Positions 1 to 18,389 of a stretch of DNA of 64,000 bases are shown piece by piece. The number at the start of each line of letters is the position of its first letter. Positions within the stretch are counted from its first letter, which is position 1. Location: NCBI GenBank assembly GCA_964016885.1, contig CAXHJY010000567.1, positions 19,390 to 83,389 of the forward strand, written 5' to 3'. The position numbers and the translations under genes are program-made. Below the pieces are notes generated by a model. That model did no database searches and was not told where the DNA came from. It was given only the letters and a program-made list of their open reading frames with translations. The stretch is from Eledone cirrhosa. Its lineage: Eukaryota.

Positions 1-702
1 TAGTTTGCCAACATAATCCAAGCAGGGTCACGTGGTGGTAACCTCGTCAAACTTGCCTTCCAGCCGGTCCTGCCTGAAACATTATATTTATAATATAATA
101 TATAATATATATATAATATATATTATAAATATTATTTAAATATATATTGTATAGTATAATAAATATTATATACACAATATACATTATATATAATGTATAA
201 TAAACAGTAAATATTCTATTATATTGTAATATATGGTATGTATATTATATAGAATATATTATATATACTGGCAAATATGAAAGTCTCTAAGAGGTGACAG
301 TTGAGAGAAGGAAACCGCCAGAAACTGGTCTCTGGTGTCACGTGGTAATGTTTCTATAGCAACAGTGGTTCTCTTGGACTTACCAAAGTAAGTGGAGAGG
401 GGAAGGTAATATTTCTGTAACGCCAACCACTTCTCTCTCTCTATCTTCCTCTCTCTCTCTATAGAAATACAACGGGGAAGGGGAGGTTGATTTTTCTATG
501 ACACGATTACTCTCTCTCTCTCTCTTTTCCCCCTCCCTCTCCCTCACCGAAGATATAGAAGTGGGAATGTAATGTTACTACAACGCCTGTCATACTAGGT
601 GGCGATTCGACCGCAAGTTCTGCTAGTTTTAGCTTCTTACTTAGCTGAGCACCAGCTAGTTAGTTGAACCACGTAAAAGAGCACATATACATTTCTCTCT
701 CA

Positions 703-735
703 CTGTGTGTGTGTGTGTGTGTATGTGTGTGTGTC

Positions 736-802
<67 letters not shown>
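703..802. repeat. (TG)n microsatellite
   Basis: Direct dinucleotide run. Confidence 0.95.
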
Positions 803-803
<1 letters not shown>

Positions 804-847
804 TGCGCGCGTGCGCGCGCGTGTTTATATGCTTGTATAATATATAT

Positions 848-895
848 AACGAAGGAATTGTGGTAAGGAACCAGATGAACCAGAGTACTCAATAA
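848..895 (-). mobile_element. Fragment of the fold-back TA-inserted family seen at 14095 and 60249
   Basis: AACGAAGGAATTGTGGTAAGGAACCAG...AGAGTACTCAATA shared with those copies; preceded by TATATAT. Confidence 0.7.
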
Positions 896-1001
896 TTAGG
901 GAGAGGGAGAGAGAGCGTCAGAGATAAAAAAAAATATATGGAAATATAAAGAAAAGGAAGAAAAAAAGACAGGACGGATGAAAGAAGAGACAGACAGAAA
1001 T

Positions 1002-1083
1002 AATTGTTTCTACTTTAGGCACAAGGCCAGCAAATACCAATTGCATTACTGGTACTTTATTTTATCGACCCCGTAAGGATGAA
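1002..1083 (-). mobile_element. tRNA-derived SINE family 1, 3' fragment
   Basis: Reverse complement of TTTCATCCTTACGGGGTCGATAAAATAAAGTACCAGT...GGCCTTGTGCCTAAAGTAGAAACAATT. Confidence 0.85.
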
Positions 1084-1341
1084 ATGGAAGGAAGATAGAA
1101 AGGAGAATGAATGAGAGACAGACAGAAGTAAATAGAAGAAAAGGGCAGTGTGTAAAGCAGCAACATTTAAGCTTTTTGAACCGAATGAAACTTTAATTAC
1201 TGAACGGCTTCGACAATATTATCGTGACAGTTGTACATAGCTTCTGTCAGAATTGGTTAAAGATTTTGCCTAGATTTTATATTATCGAACATACTTCTTC
1301 AGCCTACCGCTCTCTCTGTCTCTCTCTGTCTCTCTCTCTCT

Positions 1342-8631
<7,290 letters not shown>

Positions 8632-8758
8632 GCACCTCTCTCCAGCTATAAGTTGTATATCGTCTGTGAAATTGGATTTGAAACAAACGTTTATTCTTTC
8701 TTAAGAAATCGATTTGTGACACTCATAATATTTCTTGTTCCCGAACATAAAGGAAAAT

Positions 8759-8790
<32 letters not shown>

Positions 8791-8838
8791 GGTAGTAGTA
8801 GCATTAGTAGCAGCAACAACAATAACAATAACAACAAT
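8759..8838. repeat. (CAG)n/(AAC)n trinucleotide repeats
   Basis: Direct repeat. Confidence 0.85.
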
Positions 8839-8954
8839 ATTGGCGGAAGTAAATAAAAGATACGAAGGAAGATATTTTATTAAAATTTTTCCTGTCACGC
8901 GTCTCTTGTTCGTGTCTGGCACATTCAGATTTGGTATGCTTACTGGTACATTTA

Positions 8955-9178
8955 ATCTACTGGTACTCCGTCGGCTACGACGACGAGTGCTTCAGTTGAT
9001 ACGATAAAGGGAACAGCCTGTTCGTGAAATTAACAAGAATGAGCAAGTGGCTGATTTATTCCACAGACACGTGTACCCATAACGTAGTTCTCTGGGAGAT
9101 TCAGTGCAACACAGAAATGTGATAAGGTTGGCCCTTCGAATTACAGGTATAATTCATTTTTTGACAGTTGGGTGGACT
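8955..9178 (-). mobile_element. SINE body/3' part (probably a long form of the CORE-type family); degenerate relatives at about 43235-43330 and 55130-55378
   Basis: Blocks such as CGTGAAATTAAC and TAACGTAGTTCTCTGGGAGATTCA recur at 55130-55210, where they adjoin a degenerate tRNA-like head. Confidence 0.6.
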
Positions 9179-9826
9179 CGTAGGGATTCCTTATTCATAT
9201 ACTCTTCGTATTGAGCATTTCACCCTCGTGGAATGAAACACCTCGCTGTCTCTTAGGGTACTTAACTAATGTTGGAATCGTAGGGACGCTATCTTGACGA
9301 ATGAAGTGTCTTGGGTATTTTCAGCCAGACGGAGTGCATCCTCTTATTTTTTCTATATCATCTTTAATTTTTTTAACTTCTGATAATCTGATAAAGAATT
9401 AGGGTCCGAATTTTAGATAAACTTTTCCTTCTTCAAAAAGTGTTGAACTAATATATTTCATCATTGTCCTCTGCTATTTGCTTTGTTGATTCCAGTTACG
9501 TTTAGCATTTATATATATATGTGTGTGTGTCTGTGTGTGCGCGTATATTTGTATATATATATATATACATACATATATATAAATATATATATGAATGGTA
9601 CAGGAAAAAATAAAATATATATATATATATGTAATAATAATTTTAATCTGTTATTTTAATAAATATATATATATATATGTATACATATATCGATATATAC
9701 ACTCATATATATATATACGTACATATACACACACATATATATACATATATATATATACATACATATACAAACATATATATATATACATATACACATACAT
9801 ACAAACACACGCACACACACGCTCAC

Positions 9827-9885
<59 letters not shown>

Positions 9886-11772
9886 CACACACATGCACAT
9901 ACACATATATGTATATATATATATAGAGAGAGAGAGGGTGAGAGGATGGATTCCGATTCGATGTGTGGCTAGAATTTATTTAAAACATAATATCATGAAA
10001 AATAAAATGCCGGAGTGAGGTAGATGTAGAGAGGGATGGTGTCGTTACGAATCTGATTAAAACTGCAAACGCAAACATAATATTAAATCAAAATTTCTCC
10101 ATTGATCAGCAAATTTTGTAAGTTTATAACTTAATGATTATCAAACGAAGCAGCTTTAAGTTGTCTATGAAAGAGCCAAGCCAATGAATATGTCCTCATA
10201 AAACTAATAAAACCAGTTTATGATATATCGTCGTTGTATGGTAACTTTACGTGACCTTACGATATTTTATTCGTTTTACTCCATATAAATTCCGTCTCTG
10301 ATGAATAGGCATTCATTGGATAGATAAGAAAACCACCATTAATCTTAACAGAAAAGAAACGAAATGTGAGAGAGTGATAGCGAGTGAGAGAGAGAGAAAC
10401 AGTTAATTAAAGATGAGGGAGTGAGAGATAGAGAAAAAGAGACAGAAGGATAGACCGAGTGCGAGATAGACGCACAGAGACGGACGAGATATTTCGCTTC
10501 ACAACCAACAATACAAATGGTTGTTACCTTATAATGTGTGCGTTTGTGGTGTGAAAAAAAAAGAAAAATGAACAAAAGAAATCCCTCAAAAAGAGAATAC
10601 ATTCATTGCATTACTAAAGAGAGAAGATAGATAAATTTAGCAATAGTTTGTTAATAAATAACATGCTAGTAAATTATAGTATATTATGCTGTATATTATT
10701 CAAATTTTCGCAGACGATAATCGACGCCATTTTTTAATATTTTTAGTTTGCCTTGGCTTGCTTTGCCTTTCATATATTTATATTTATACTCGTTTTCGTT
10801 TTAGTTATATATTTTGCGTTCGTCTATCTAATTTTAAATGAGTTTTCATTATCCTTAGATTGTGTAAGGTCTTTGAATTTTATTTTATTCTATTTAATTT
10901 TATTTTATATATCTCTTTTTGTTTTGTTTTCGTGACACCGGACAGTTGCATTCATATGAAAGTATTCATTGTTAATGTACTTTCAAGTATTAAATTGAAA
11001 GCAACGTATTGCTACTTAATGCAACAGTGTAGACTCCTAACTTTTATTAACGTAATTGAACGCTTTAGTTCAGAGAAGAGCAAGCATGGTTAATCTTTAT
11101 TTAAATTGGCGACGTAATTTAAACCAAAATCAGATACTAGCTGGATAGAATCATCGCCATTGAAAATACAAAATAAAGGAAAAGAGGAGATTAAAAAATA
11201 AATTAAGTCTTTATCTACACAATTACAGTCAAATTTAGTGGATGATATAATCAGTCAAAGTATTATACGACATGTTTTGTTGTAAATATTTGTGTTCTCA
11301 GTTCAAATCCTATGAGCATTACTTTGAATTGAAAGCCTATAATAATGGGAAAAGATTTAAAAAATAAATGACATCTTTTATGTTGATAATTGCGGTCAAA
11401 TCTTCTAGAGGATAGAATCAGTTAAAACCATGTACAACATGCTTCATGTAATTTCTTTACGATTAAACACAGCAATGGTTGGCTTTGAATATCAAGTCTT
11501 TATATAGATACCTACACTGAAATCTAGTTGACGATCGAACCAGGTAAAGCCATGTACAAACGTATTTTGTGGCAATCATGTATATCCTGTTTTCAAATAT
11601 TACAGAGTGTGGCTTCGAGATGTTATGGTCCTGTGTTACTAAGAGAAGGTGCCTCCCTCCCAACTGGCTGGCCATCACCAGCCCTCCTTCAAATCTCTAC
11701 CTTATTGCTTCCTACCCTTCTAATAAGCATCCAATACATTACCCACATTCACGTCTCAACGTAAACCAGGAA

Positions 11773-12182
11773 TAGGGCTACCTCCCTACTCACCACCATA
11801 GGCACTGAGCTAGCTAGCCGTAGCAGTGGAGACTTCTGGTGTCCTTGGCCCCAGGGCTACCTCCATACTCACCACCATAGGCACTGAGCTGACTAGCCGC
11901 AGGTGTGCACCTTACGAGATGGAATGGCTCTTCCAGCGCAGCTCCCTTACCATCCTTCGGGGAAACGCCTTCTCCATTCTGTCCACCGGGTGGTGTGGGG
12001 AGGCCAGCACGTGGGACCCCATTTGCTCACGATACAGTGCAATGGGGAGGGCTGAGAGATGGGTTCATTAAAGGTGGGAGTTCGGCTCTTCCGTTTTCGG
12101 ACACATTGCACCTGTCTAGAGCGTATTTTCACACATGTAACGAACATTATAAATTCCTGTGTATAGTTTGAATTCTTAGTAT

Positions 12183-12188
<6 letters not shown>
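11773..12188 (+). mobile_element. 5'-truncated CRE/R2-group non-LTR retrotransposon: C-terminal restriction-like endonuclease region plus 3' UTR
   Basis: AVETSGVLGPRATSILTTIG...EMEWLFQRSSLTILRGNAFSILST fits the AVET.G..G...WLFQR.S....RGNA C-terminal motif; ends at a (TA)n tract. Confidence 0.75.
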
Positions 12189-12220
<32 letters not shown>

Positions 12221-12264
12221 AAAGGATAACAAGAACGATTGATTATTCCTACATTGCATTTATT

Positions 12265-12356
12265 GATAGGTGACGCGCGTTTCGCCACTGATCACCTCAC
12301 GGTTCGATCTATATCGATCCTACCCGACTCAATAATCGGCAGCTCGACGGACCATC
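12265..12356 (-). ncRNA. Degenerate type-I hammerhead ribozyme (family H)
   Basis: Minus strand GATGGT-CCGTCGA-[branched stem II]-GAAA-CGCGCG-TC-ACCTATC; two core mismatches; related 3' half at 62410-62453 (+). Confidence 0.5.
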
Positions 12357-12656
12357 TTAAAATGCTATAAGAAAATGAAATTATATATATATATATATAT
12401 ATATATTATATTATTATTATTTCGTGTTGACTATATAGATTAGTTTTAAAAGATTTATGACTGTCATTCAAATTGATATAAATCTTACTTTCATTCCATC
12501 TAGATATAGGTGAGAAAGACAGACAGACGCAGAAACAGCTTTTCTTTTATAAGAAAGATTGATGTTTAACATCATCTCCAAATCTGACGGTGTGTTTATG
12601 TACTTTGCATGTGTGATTCTGGTGTTGATTAGTTGAATTATAGATATAATTTCTAA

Positions 12657-13043
12657 TGTGGGTTGGCAGTATCGGTAGAGAGTCGGACACCATGCTTTGG
12701 AGCATAGAGTTACGTCCCTTTATGATCTGAGTTCAAATCCCGCCGAGGTTGACTTTGCCTTTCATCCTTACGGGGTCGATAAAATAAAGTACCAGTAATG
12801 AACTGGGTTATTGCTGGCCTTGTGCCTAAAGTAGAAACAATTATTTCTAATGTGGATTGGCAGTATCGGTAGAGAGTCGGACACCATGCTTTGAAGCATA
12901 GAGTTACGTCTCTTTATGATCTGAGTTCAAATCCCGCCGAGGTTAACTTTGCCCTTCATCCTTACGAGGTCGATAAAATAAAGTACCAGTAATATACTGG
13001 TTAATTGCTGTCATTGTGCCTGAAATAGAAACAATTATTTCTA
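12657..13043 (+). mobile_element. tRNA-derived SINE family 1, two tandem copies
   Basis: A-box TGGCAGTATCGG, B-box GAGTTCAAATCC, conserved body, about 193 bp unit. Confidence 0.9.
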
Positions 13044-13305
13044 ATGTTGGATCGATTCCAGCTGTCTTTACAGGGTGGGGAAAAAGTCAATTATGTCATC
13101 CACAGTATTTAACTGGTACTTACTTTTATATATATTATAAAGAGCTCAGCCGTCGGGGTCCCGACTCATTACAATATAACCATACCGTACTATATCAATT
13201 ATCGAGTATTCTGTTGGGTAATGGTCTAACCAGATTCAGACTGAATCGATCCATGATTTATATATATATATTAGTATATGTTGGTTTGGTTACACCGGAG
13301 TAATG

Positions 13306-14073
13306 TAAAATAATTAATTCAAATATTTAAAATTTAGCTTCGTTTATTAAAGATGTACTGCTATATATATTTCGGTGACAGCCATCATTGGCTGTGACCT
13401 CTTCAGGCAGTCCGAATTGTTGTGGTAGAGACAGGTACACATGTTGTTGAAGTGTTTTACTCCGTCAATACTCCGATATGTCCAGCTCCTGGTTCGGTTG
13501 TTATTTCTCTGAGGAACTGGAATCATATGAATTCGAACAAACAAATTTCGGCGTTGAAAGGACACTCTCTCCTACCATTGGTCAGTTGTGAGAACATTCC
13601 TCAGTCAAAAGTCTATAGAATTTTTTCTGAGGCATGACAATCTGGTGTGGTTGTTTTTGTTAAGTACATCTGACCTCCTCCCTTGTGTTGGTAGTGGTAT
13701 TGGTGTTAAGGGGTCAGCTGGCAGGTCAGCTTTAGCTCGGCTACTGCTATATTCAGAAGAATTTGTGTAGTGGCTTGCCATCTTTCCTGCCACCACTTCA
13801 CGTGGTGGGGCCGCCAAAGAGATAAAGAAATAAGATAAAGTAAAATGAAGAAATAAAAAAATAAGATACAATAAAATGAAGAAATAAAAAAATAAAAGAA
13901 TAAAATAAAATAAAATGCGTTTGTGTTACAACCGATAACAAAGTTTGAAAGATTTGGAAAGTATTGACTGAAGTCGAAAGGCTGTGTCGGAATCGTGTAG
14001 TGCAAAGGATATATATAGCAGTACATCTTTCATAAACGAAGCCAACTTTTAAATATTTGACTTAATTATTTTA
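13306..14073 (-). mobile_element. Non-autonomous Penelope-like element (family A) with about 65 bp inverted ends
   Basis: 13306-13370 is an imperfect inverted copy of 14009-14073; contains a hammerhead; right end abuts (TA)n. Confidence 0.7.
13357..13411 (-). ncRNA. Type-I hammerhead ribozyme, intact core (family A)
   Basis: ACTGC-CTGAAGA-GGTCACAGCCA-ATGA-TGGCTGTCACC-GAAA-TATATA-TA-GCAGT: stem I 5 bp, stem II 10/11 bp, palindromic minimal stem III. Confidence 0.88.
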
Positions 14074-14094
14074 TATATATATATATATATATAT

Positions 14095-14288
14095 AACGAA
14101 GGAAATGTGGTAAGGAACCAGGTGGACCATAACGCACCAAAGTACTCAATACTTGAGGTAGTAGAGTGGGTAATAGGAACCAGTAAGACCCCGACAGCTG
14201 AGCTCAAGCCGTTTCGACGGCTAATTCTGGACAGTCCAGAATTAGCCGTCGAAACGGCTTGAGCTCAGCTGTCGGGGTCTTACTGGTT

Positions 14289-14293
<5 letters not shown>
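14095..14293 (-). mobile_element. TA-flanked fold-back element (family I) with a perfect 60 bp inverted repeat carrying a hammerhead 3' half
   Basis: Arms 14173-14232 and 14234-14293 are exact reverse complements; each contains GAAA-CGGC..GCTG-TC. Confidence 0.8.
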
Positions 14294-14325
<32 letters not shown>

Positions 14326-14466
14326 AGTAACATTCAAAGACCAACCAGATGTGAGAAAAACCACAGACCCTCCATCTCAACTCTACTTTTGAAAAGCACA
14401 AGAACTGCGAAACCGGTAAAGGAACCAAATAAATATATATATATTTTTTAAAATAAGACTCCAGTT

Positions 14467-14467
<1 letters not shown>

Positions 14468-14529
<62 letters not shown>

Positions 14530-14652
14530 CTATATATATATCTATATATATATATCTATATATATATCTATATATATATATCTATATCTATATATATCTA
14601 TATATATCTATCTATATATATATCTATATATATCTATCTATATATATATCTA

Positions 14653-14707
<55 letters not shown>
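14468..14707. repeat. (CT)n-(TA)n compound microsatellite
   Basis: Direct repeat. Confidence 0.95.
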
Positions 14708-14709
<2 letters not shown>

Positions 14710-15864
14710 GAGACCATATTCAGGTTTATTTAAAACTCTGTTATACATATTTCACTGAGGAATATCAGTTATTATAACCTGGGCGCTTCTGACGGCAAAA
14801 CCGAAAATAAACATAGAAAGTTCCTAAGAGAGCTTTAAATTTTGAAAAATCTTATAATTTCGCCGAAATTTTCTTTTCATGAAATTGGGAGCCGGGTGAA
14901 CGCGTGGTGTTCTTTCTTCGACAGGGGCCGGGTGTCGTACCATTTATACAGGTCGTTGAGCACTTCTTTTTATATAGATATACAATAAAATATTGATGCA
15001 ATTCCATATATATATTATTTTTTTTTTATGCATTTCCATATATATATATATAATTTTTTTTTCTTGGGGATGGTATCAGGGAGATTTGATCTCGGAAAGT
15101 TCGTATCTAGATGATGCAAAGATTGTTTGCCCAACTCTAAAGTTTCTGGCAATCCTGCGCCCTTATAAATACATATAATAGATACGGTTCTGCCTCATGG
15201 AAGCAGTCACCCCTTCAGTAACGGTTTATTGTAATTCATATATATAACTATAAATCTACAACCCGATATTAATCTCCCTCCCTTCGTCCCTCATTCCCCT
15301 TCTCTGTTTATCTCCCTCGCACACAATCTCTATCCACACAACATTGCTCTCTTTCTTTCCCCCTGTCTCTCTCTCTCTCTCTTGCTCTCGCTTTCTCTCT
15401 CGCTCTCTGGCTATATATATACACAAATATCAATATCAATATATGTATACATAATATATATACATATCAATATATATGAATATCAATATATATATGCATG
15501 CATGTATAGTTATACAATCACAAACACATGATATTCACAGTTACAAAGCCTTTGATCATAGATTTTGATATATGAGGGGCTGACCTGGGTTTAAATAACT
15601 ACAATGTGATATGTTGTAAACATATATTTGTATGGGATTAACTCTTTTGATATCGTATACGTCAGTTTCATTCCATGAAACCGAAGATTTATTTGTAATT
15701 CTAACAACAGAATGGATTAATGGCATTTATTATCAAGCATCCATTCCAACGATTTTAATGGAGGCATAGAATCAGATTCTGAAATATTTGAAATACTCAG
15801 CAGGTTATTTTATTATTAATATTTTTTCCTTGCCTGCGTTTACAGATTTTGTATGTGAGACGAT

Positions 15865-16770
15865 GTATTGGCAGTCATGTTAGAACGTCGGCGAGAAGGA
15901 ACCGGCCCTGTGCACTCTGAGTTCTAGTCCCATTCGGCCAATTTTGCCTTTGATTATTTCGAGGTTGATTGGCAGAGCGTCAGACACTATGCTTTCCTGC
16001 ATAGTTACGTCCCTTTACGTTCTGAGTTCAAATCCCGCCGAGGTTAACTTTGCCTTTAATCCTTACGGGGTCGATGAAATAAAGTACTAGTCACACACTG
16101 GGGTCGATCTAATCGACTTTCCCCCTCCCTCCATATTACTGGCCTTGTGCCTATATAAGAAACCATTATTTCGAGGTTGGTTGGCAGAGCGTCAGACACT
16201 ATGCTTTCCTGCATAGTTACGTCCCTTTACGTTCTGAGTTCAAATCCCGCCGAGGTTAACTTTGCCTTTAATCCTTACGGGGTCGATAAAATAAAGTACT
16301 AGTCACACACTGGAGTCGATCTAATCGACTTTCCCCCTCCCTCCAAATTACTGGCCTTGTGCCTATATAACAAACCATTATTTCGAGGTTGGTTGGCAGT
16401 ATCGTTGGACACCATTTTGTGCAGCATGGATATACGGCTCTTTGTTCTGCGTTTAAATCCCGCCGAGTTTAGCTTTAACTTTCATCTTCACGGAGTCGAT
16501 AAAATAAAGCACCAGTGATACACTGGCGTCGATTTAATAGACTTTCCCCTCCACTAAAACATGTTGGCCTTGTGCCTCAGACATTATGCTTTCCAGCATA
16601 GTCACAGCTCTCTACGTTCTGAGTTCAAATCCCGCCGTGGTTAGCTTAGACTTTCATCCTTACGGGTGTCGATAGAATAAAGTACCAGTAACACACTAGG
16701 CTCGATTTGAACGACTTTCCCCTCTCACAAAATCGCTAGCCTTGTGCCTAGAGTATAAATCATTATTTCC
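15865..16770 (+). mobile_element. tRNA-derived SINE family 1, head-to-tail array of about 5 copies
   Basis: Repeated GAGTTCAAATCCCGCC...GTCGATAAAATAAAGTAC...GGCCTTGTGCCT units of about 200 bp. Confidence 0.9.
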
Positions 16771-17265
16771 AAGTTCATAAATAAAGTTCCAATTTAGTAA
16801 TGGGGGTGATCCGTCCTCTATATCTCTTTTTCACTTCCTTTTATTCACTGGAACAGATCTGCGGTGATCAGACCTGGAGACGAGATGGGATCCACTCGGG
16901 TTTTATAATGACCTATGATGGCCTAAAACCGCTATATTTCAATATAGCGTCCCTAAGGCTCCCTCGGGAGGTCCGGATCCATGCCTATATACATATATTT
17001 TGTATTTGAGTCGAAGGATTAGGCGGTCTCTTTAGACCCTTTGCTAGAAGATTCCGGATCTCTGCACTCTGGGTTCTAATTCCATAGAGAGCGATTTTGT
17101 CTTTTATCATTTAAGGTCGAAAAATTAGTACCAGTCATATGCTTGAATTGATTCTTCGATATGACATTTCAGGCGTTTCGTTTGCGCAGTGGTCATTTTT
17201 TGTTGGTGGTTTTTATTATCGTCAACTGGCAGCTTGAACTAGTTTCCTTTGATCAATACACATGG

Positions 17266-17309
<44 letters not shown>

Positions 17310-17312
<3 letters not shown>

Positions 17313-17581
17313 GAAGTTCTATTTAAATTGTTGGGATACAACAAGCAAATATTTTTATAACTGATATAAAGCACTCAACAAATTATTGGAGTAAAAATAC
17401 GATATATTAACAAATGGAAACGATATTTATGAAAGCATTTTTGTCAATATTTATTTATAAAACTGCTCTATATTATATTTTATCTGATGAAAGCACATCA
17501 TAAGTTAACTTGGTGTCCTTGAAATATGTATAATGAAATAAATATGGTTTTATAAATATAGTTTCCATTTGTTAATATATC

Positions 17582-17582
<1 letters not shown>
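17310..17582 (+). mobile_element. TA-flanked hammerhead element (family B), short copy
   Basis: Same 5' start (GTAGAAGTT..TATTTAA) and 3' tail as 18390-19430; 17400-17440 is an inverted copy of tail 17540-17582. Confidence 0.7.
17476..17540 (+). ncRNA. Type-I hammerhead ribozyme (family B)
   Basis: TATTTTAT-CTGATGA-AAGCACATCA..TGGTGTCCTT-GAAA-TATGTA-TA-ATGAAATA. Confidence 0.8.
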
Positions 17583-17624
<42 letters not shown>

Positions 17625-17694
17625 CATATTTACATGCGTCTGTTTGTGTATGTGTTATTGTATATATATATATATCAGTTCGTAATTTGAAAAG

Positions 17695-17780
17695 ATCCTT
17701 CGGACGAGAGTCCTTCTTTTCTATGGATGTCCGTAAGGACTATCCATTTATTTTTGAGACTTGAAACCGTACAGTAAAGG
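17695..17780 (+). ncRNA. Hammerhead ribozyme, core-mutated copy (family C)
   Basis: CCTT-CGGACGA-GAGTC..GACTT-GAAA-CCGTACAG-TA-AAGG. Confidence 0.65.
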
Positions 17781-18176
17781 TAACTATAGCAGCTACAGTG
17801 AATTTTTTAAAATTTATTTTAAAACATTTTCTTATTTGCTAAACCTTGATTATATATGTTTTTCTCGTTAATTTATTTACATGCCATAGAACCACATTGG
17901 CATATGGTTGGATAATACATGTGTCCCTATATGTATTTTGCATGTAGAGATATATCCTTTATTATTAATCTCCCCTGGCCGAGATAACATTTTGGTCATT
18001 TTGACTGATGCTATTTCTAGTGGCAGTGAATTGACCTTTCCGCCTCTGCCTTCTATCTTTGCACACGGCACTGGACAGAATTGCTTCTATATCATCCGCT
18101 CTCATCTCGGGAACAATTTTGAATAGGGCCAGTTCGTAATTTGAACTCGGGAATTTTATATTATCCGAGTGAAAAG

Positions 18177-18262
18177 ATCCTTCTGACGAGAGTCTTTCTT
18201 TTCTATGGATGTCCGTAAGGACTATCCATTTAATTTTGAGACTTGAAACCGTACGGTAAACG
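18177..18262 (+). ncRNA. Hammerhead ribozyme, intact core (family C)
   Basis: CCTT-CTGACGA-GAGTCT..[ATGGATGTCC-GTAA-GGACTATCCAT]..AGACTT-GAAA-CCGTACGG-TA-AACG; palindromic stem III. Confidence 0.78.
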
Positions 18263-18389
18263 TAACTATTTAAAATTTATTTTAAAACTTTTTCTTATTT
18301 TCTAAACCTTGATTATATATATATATACACATATAGATATTAAAAATATATATATAGAGAGAGAGATATTAATATATATATATATATAT

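Larger units (their letters stand above)
17676..18316 (+). mobile_element. Retrozyme/pLTR-like element (family C): two direct repeats of about 180 bp, each with a hammerhead
   Basis: 17676-17857 matches 18130-18316; TA-flanked; predicted cleavage sites at 17776 and 18258. Confidence 0.75.

Noticed and set aside
280-335. CTAAGAGG...GAAACTGGTC as a hammerhead
   Set aside because: Core lacks a base and no convincing stem I
10298-10340. CTGATGA...GAAA
   Set aside because: No supporting stem I, II or III pairing found
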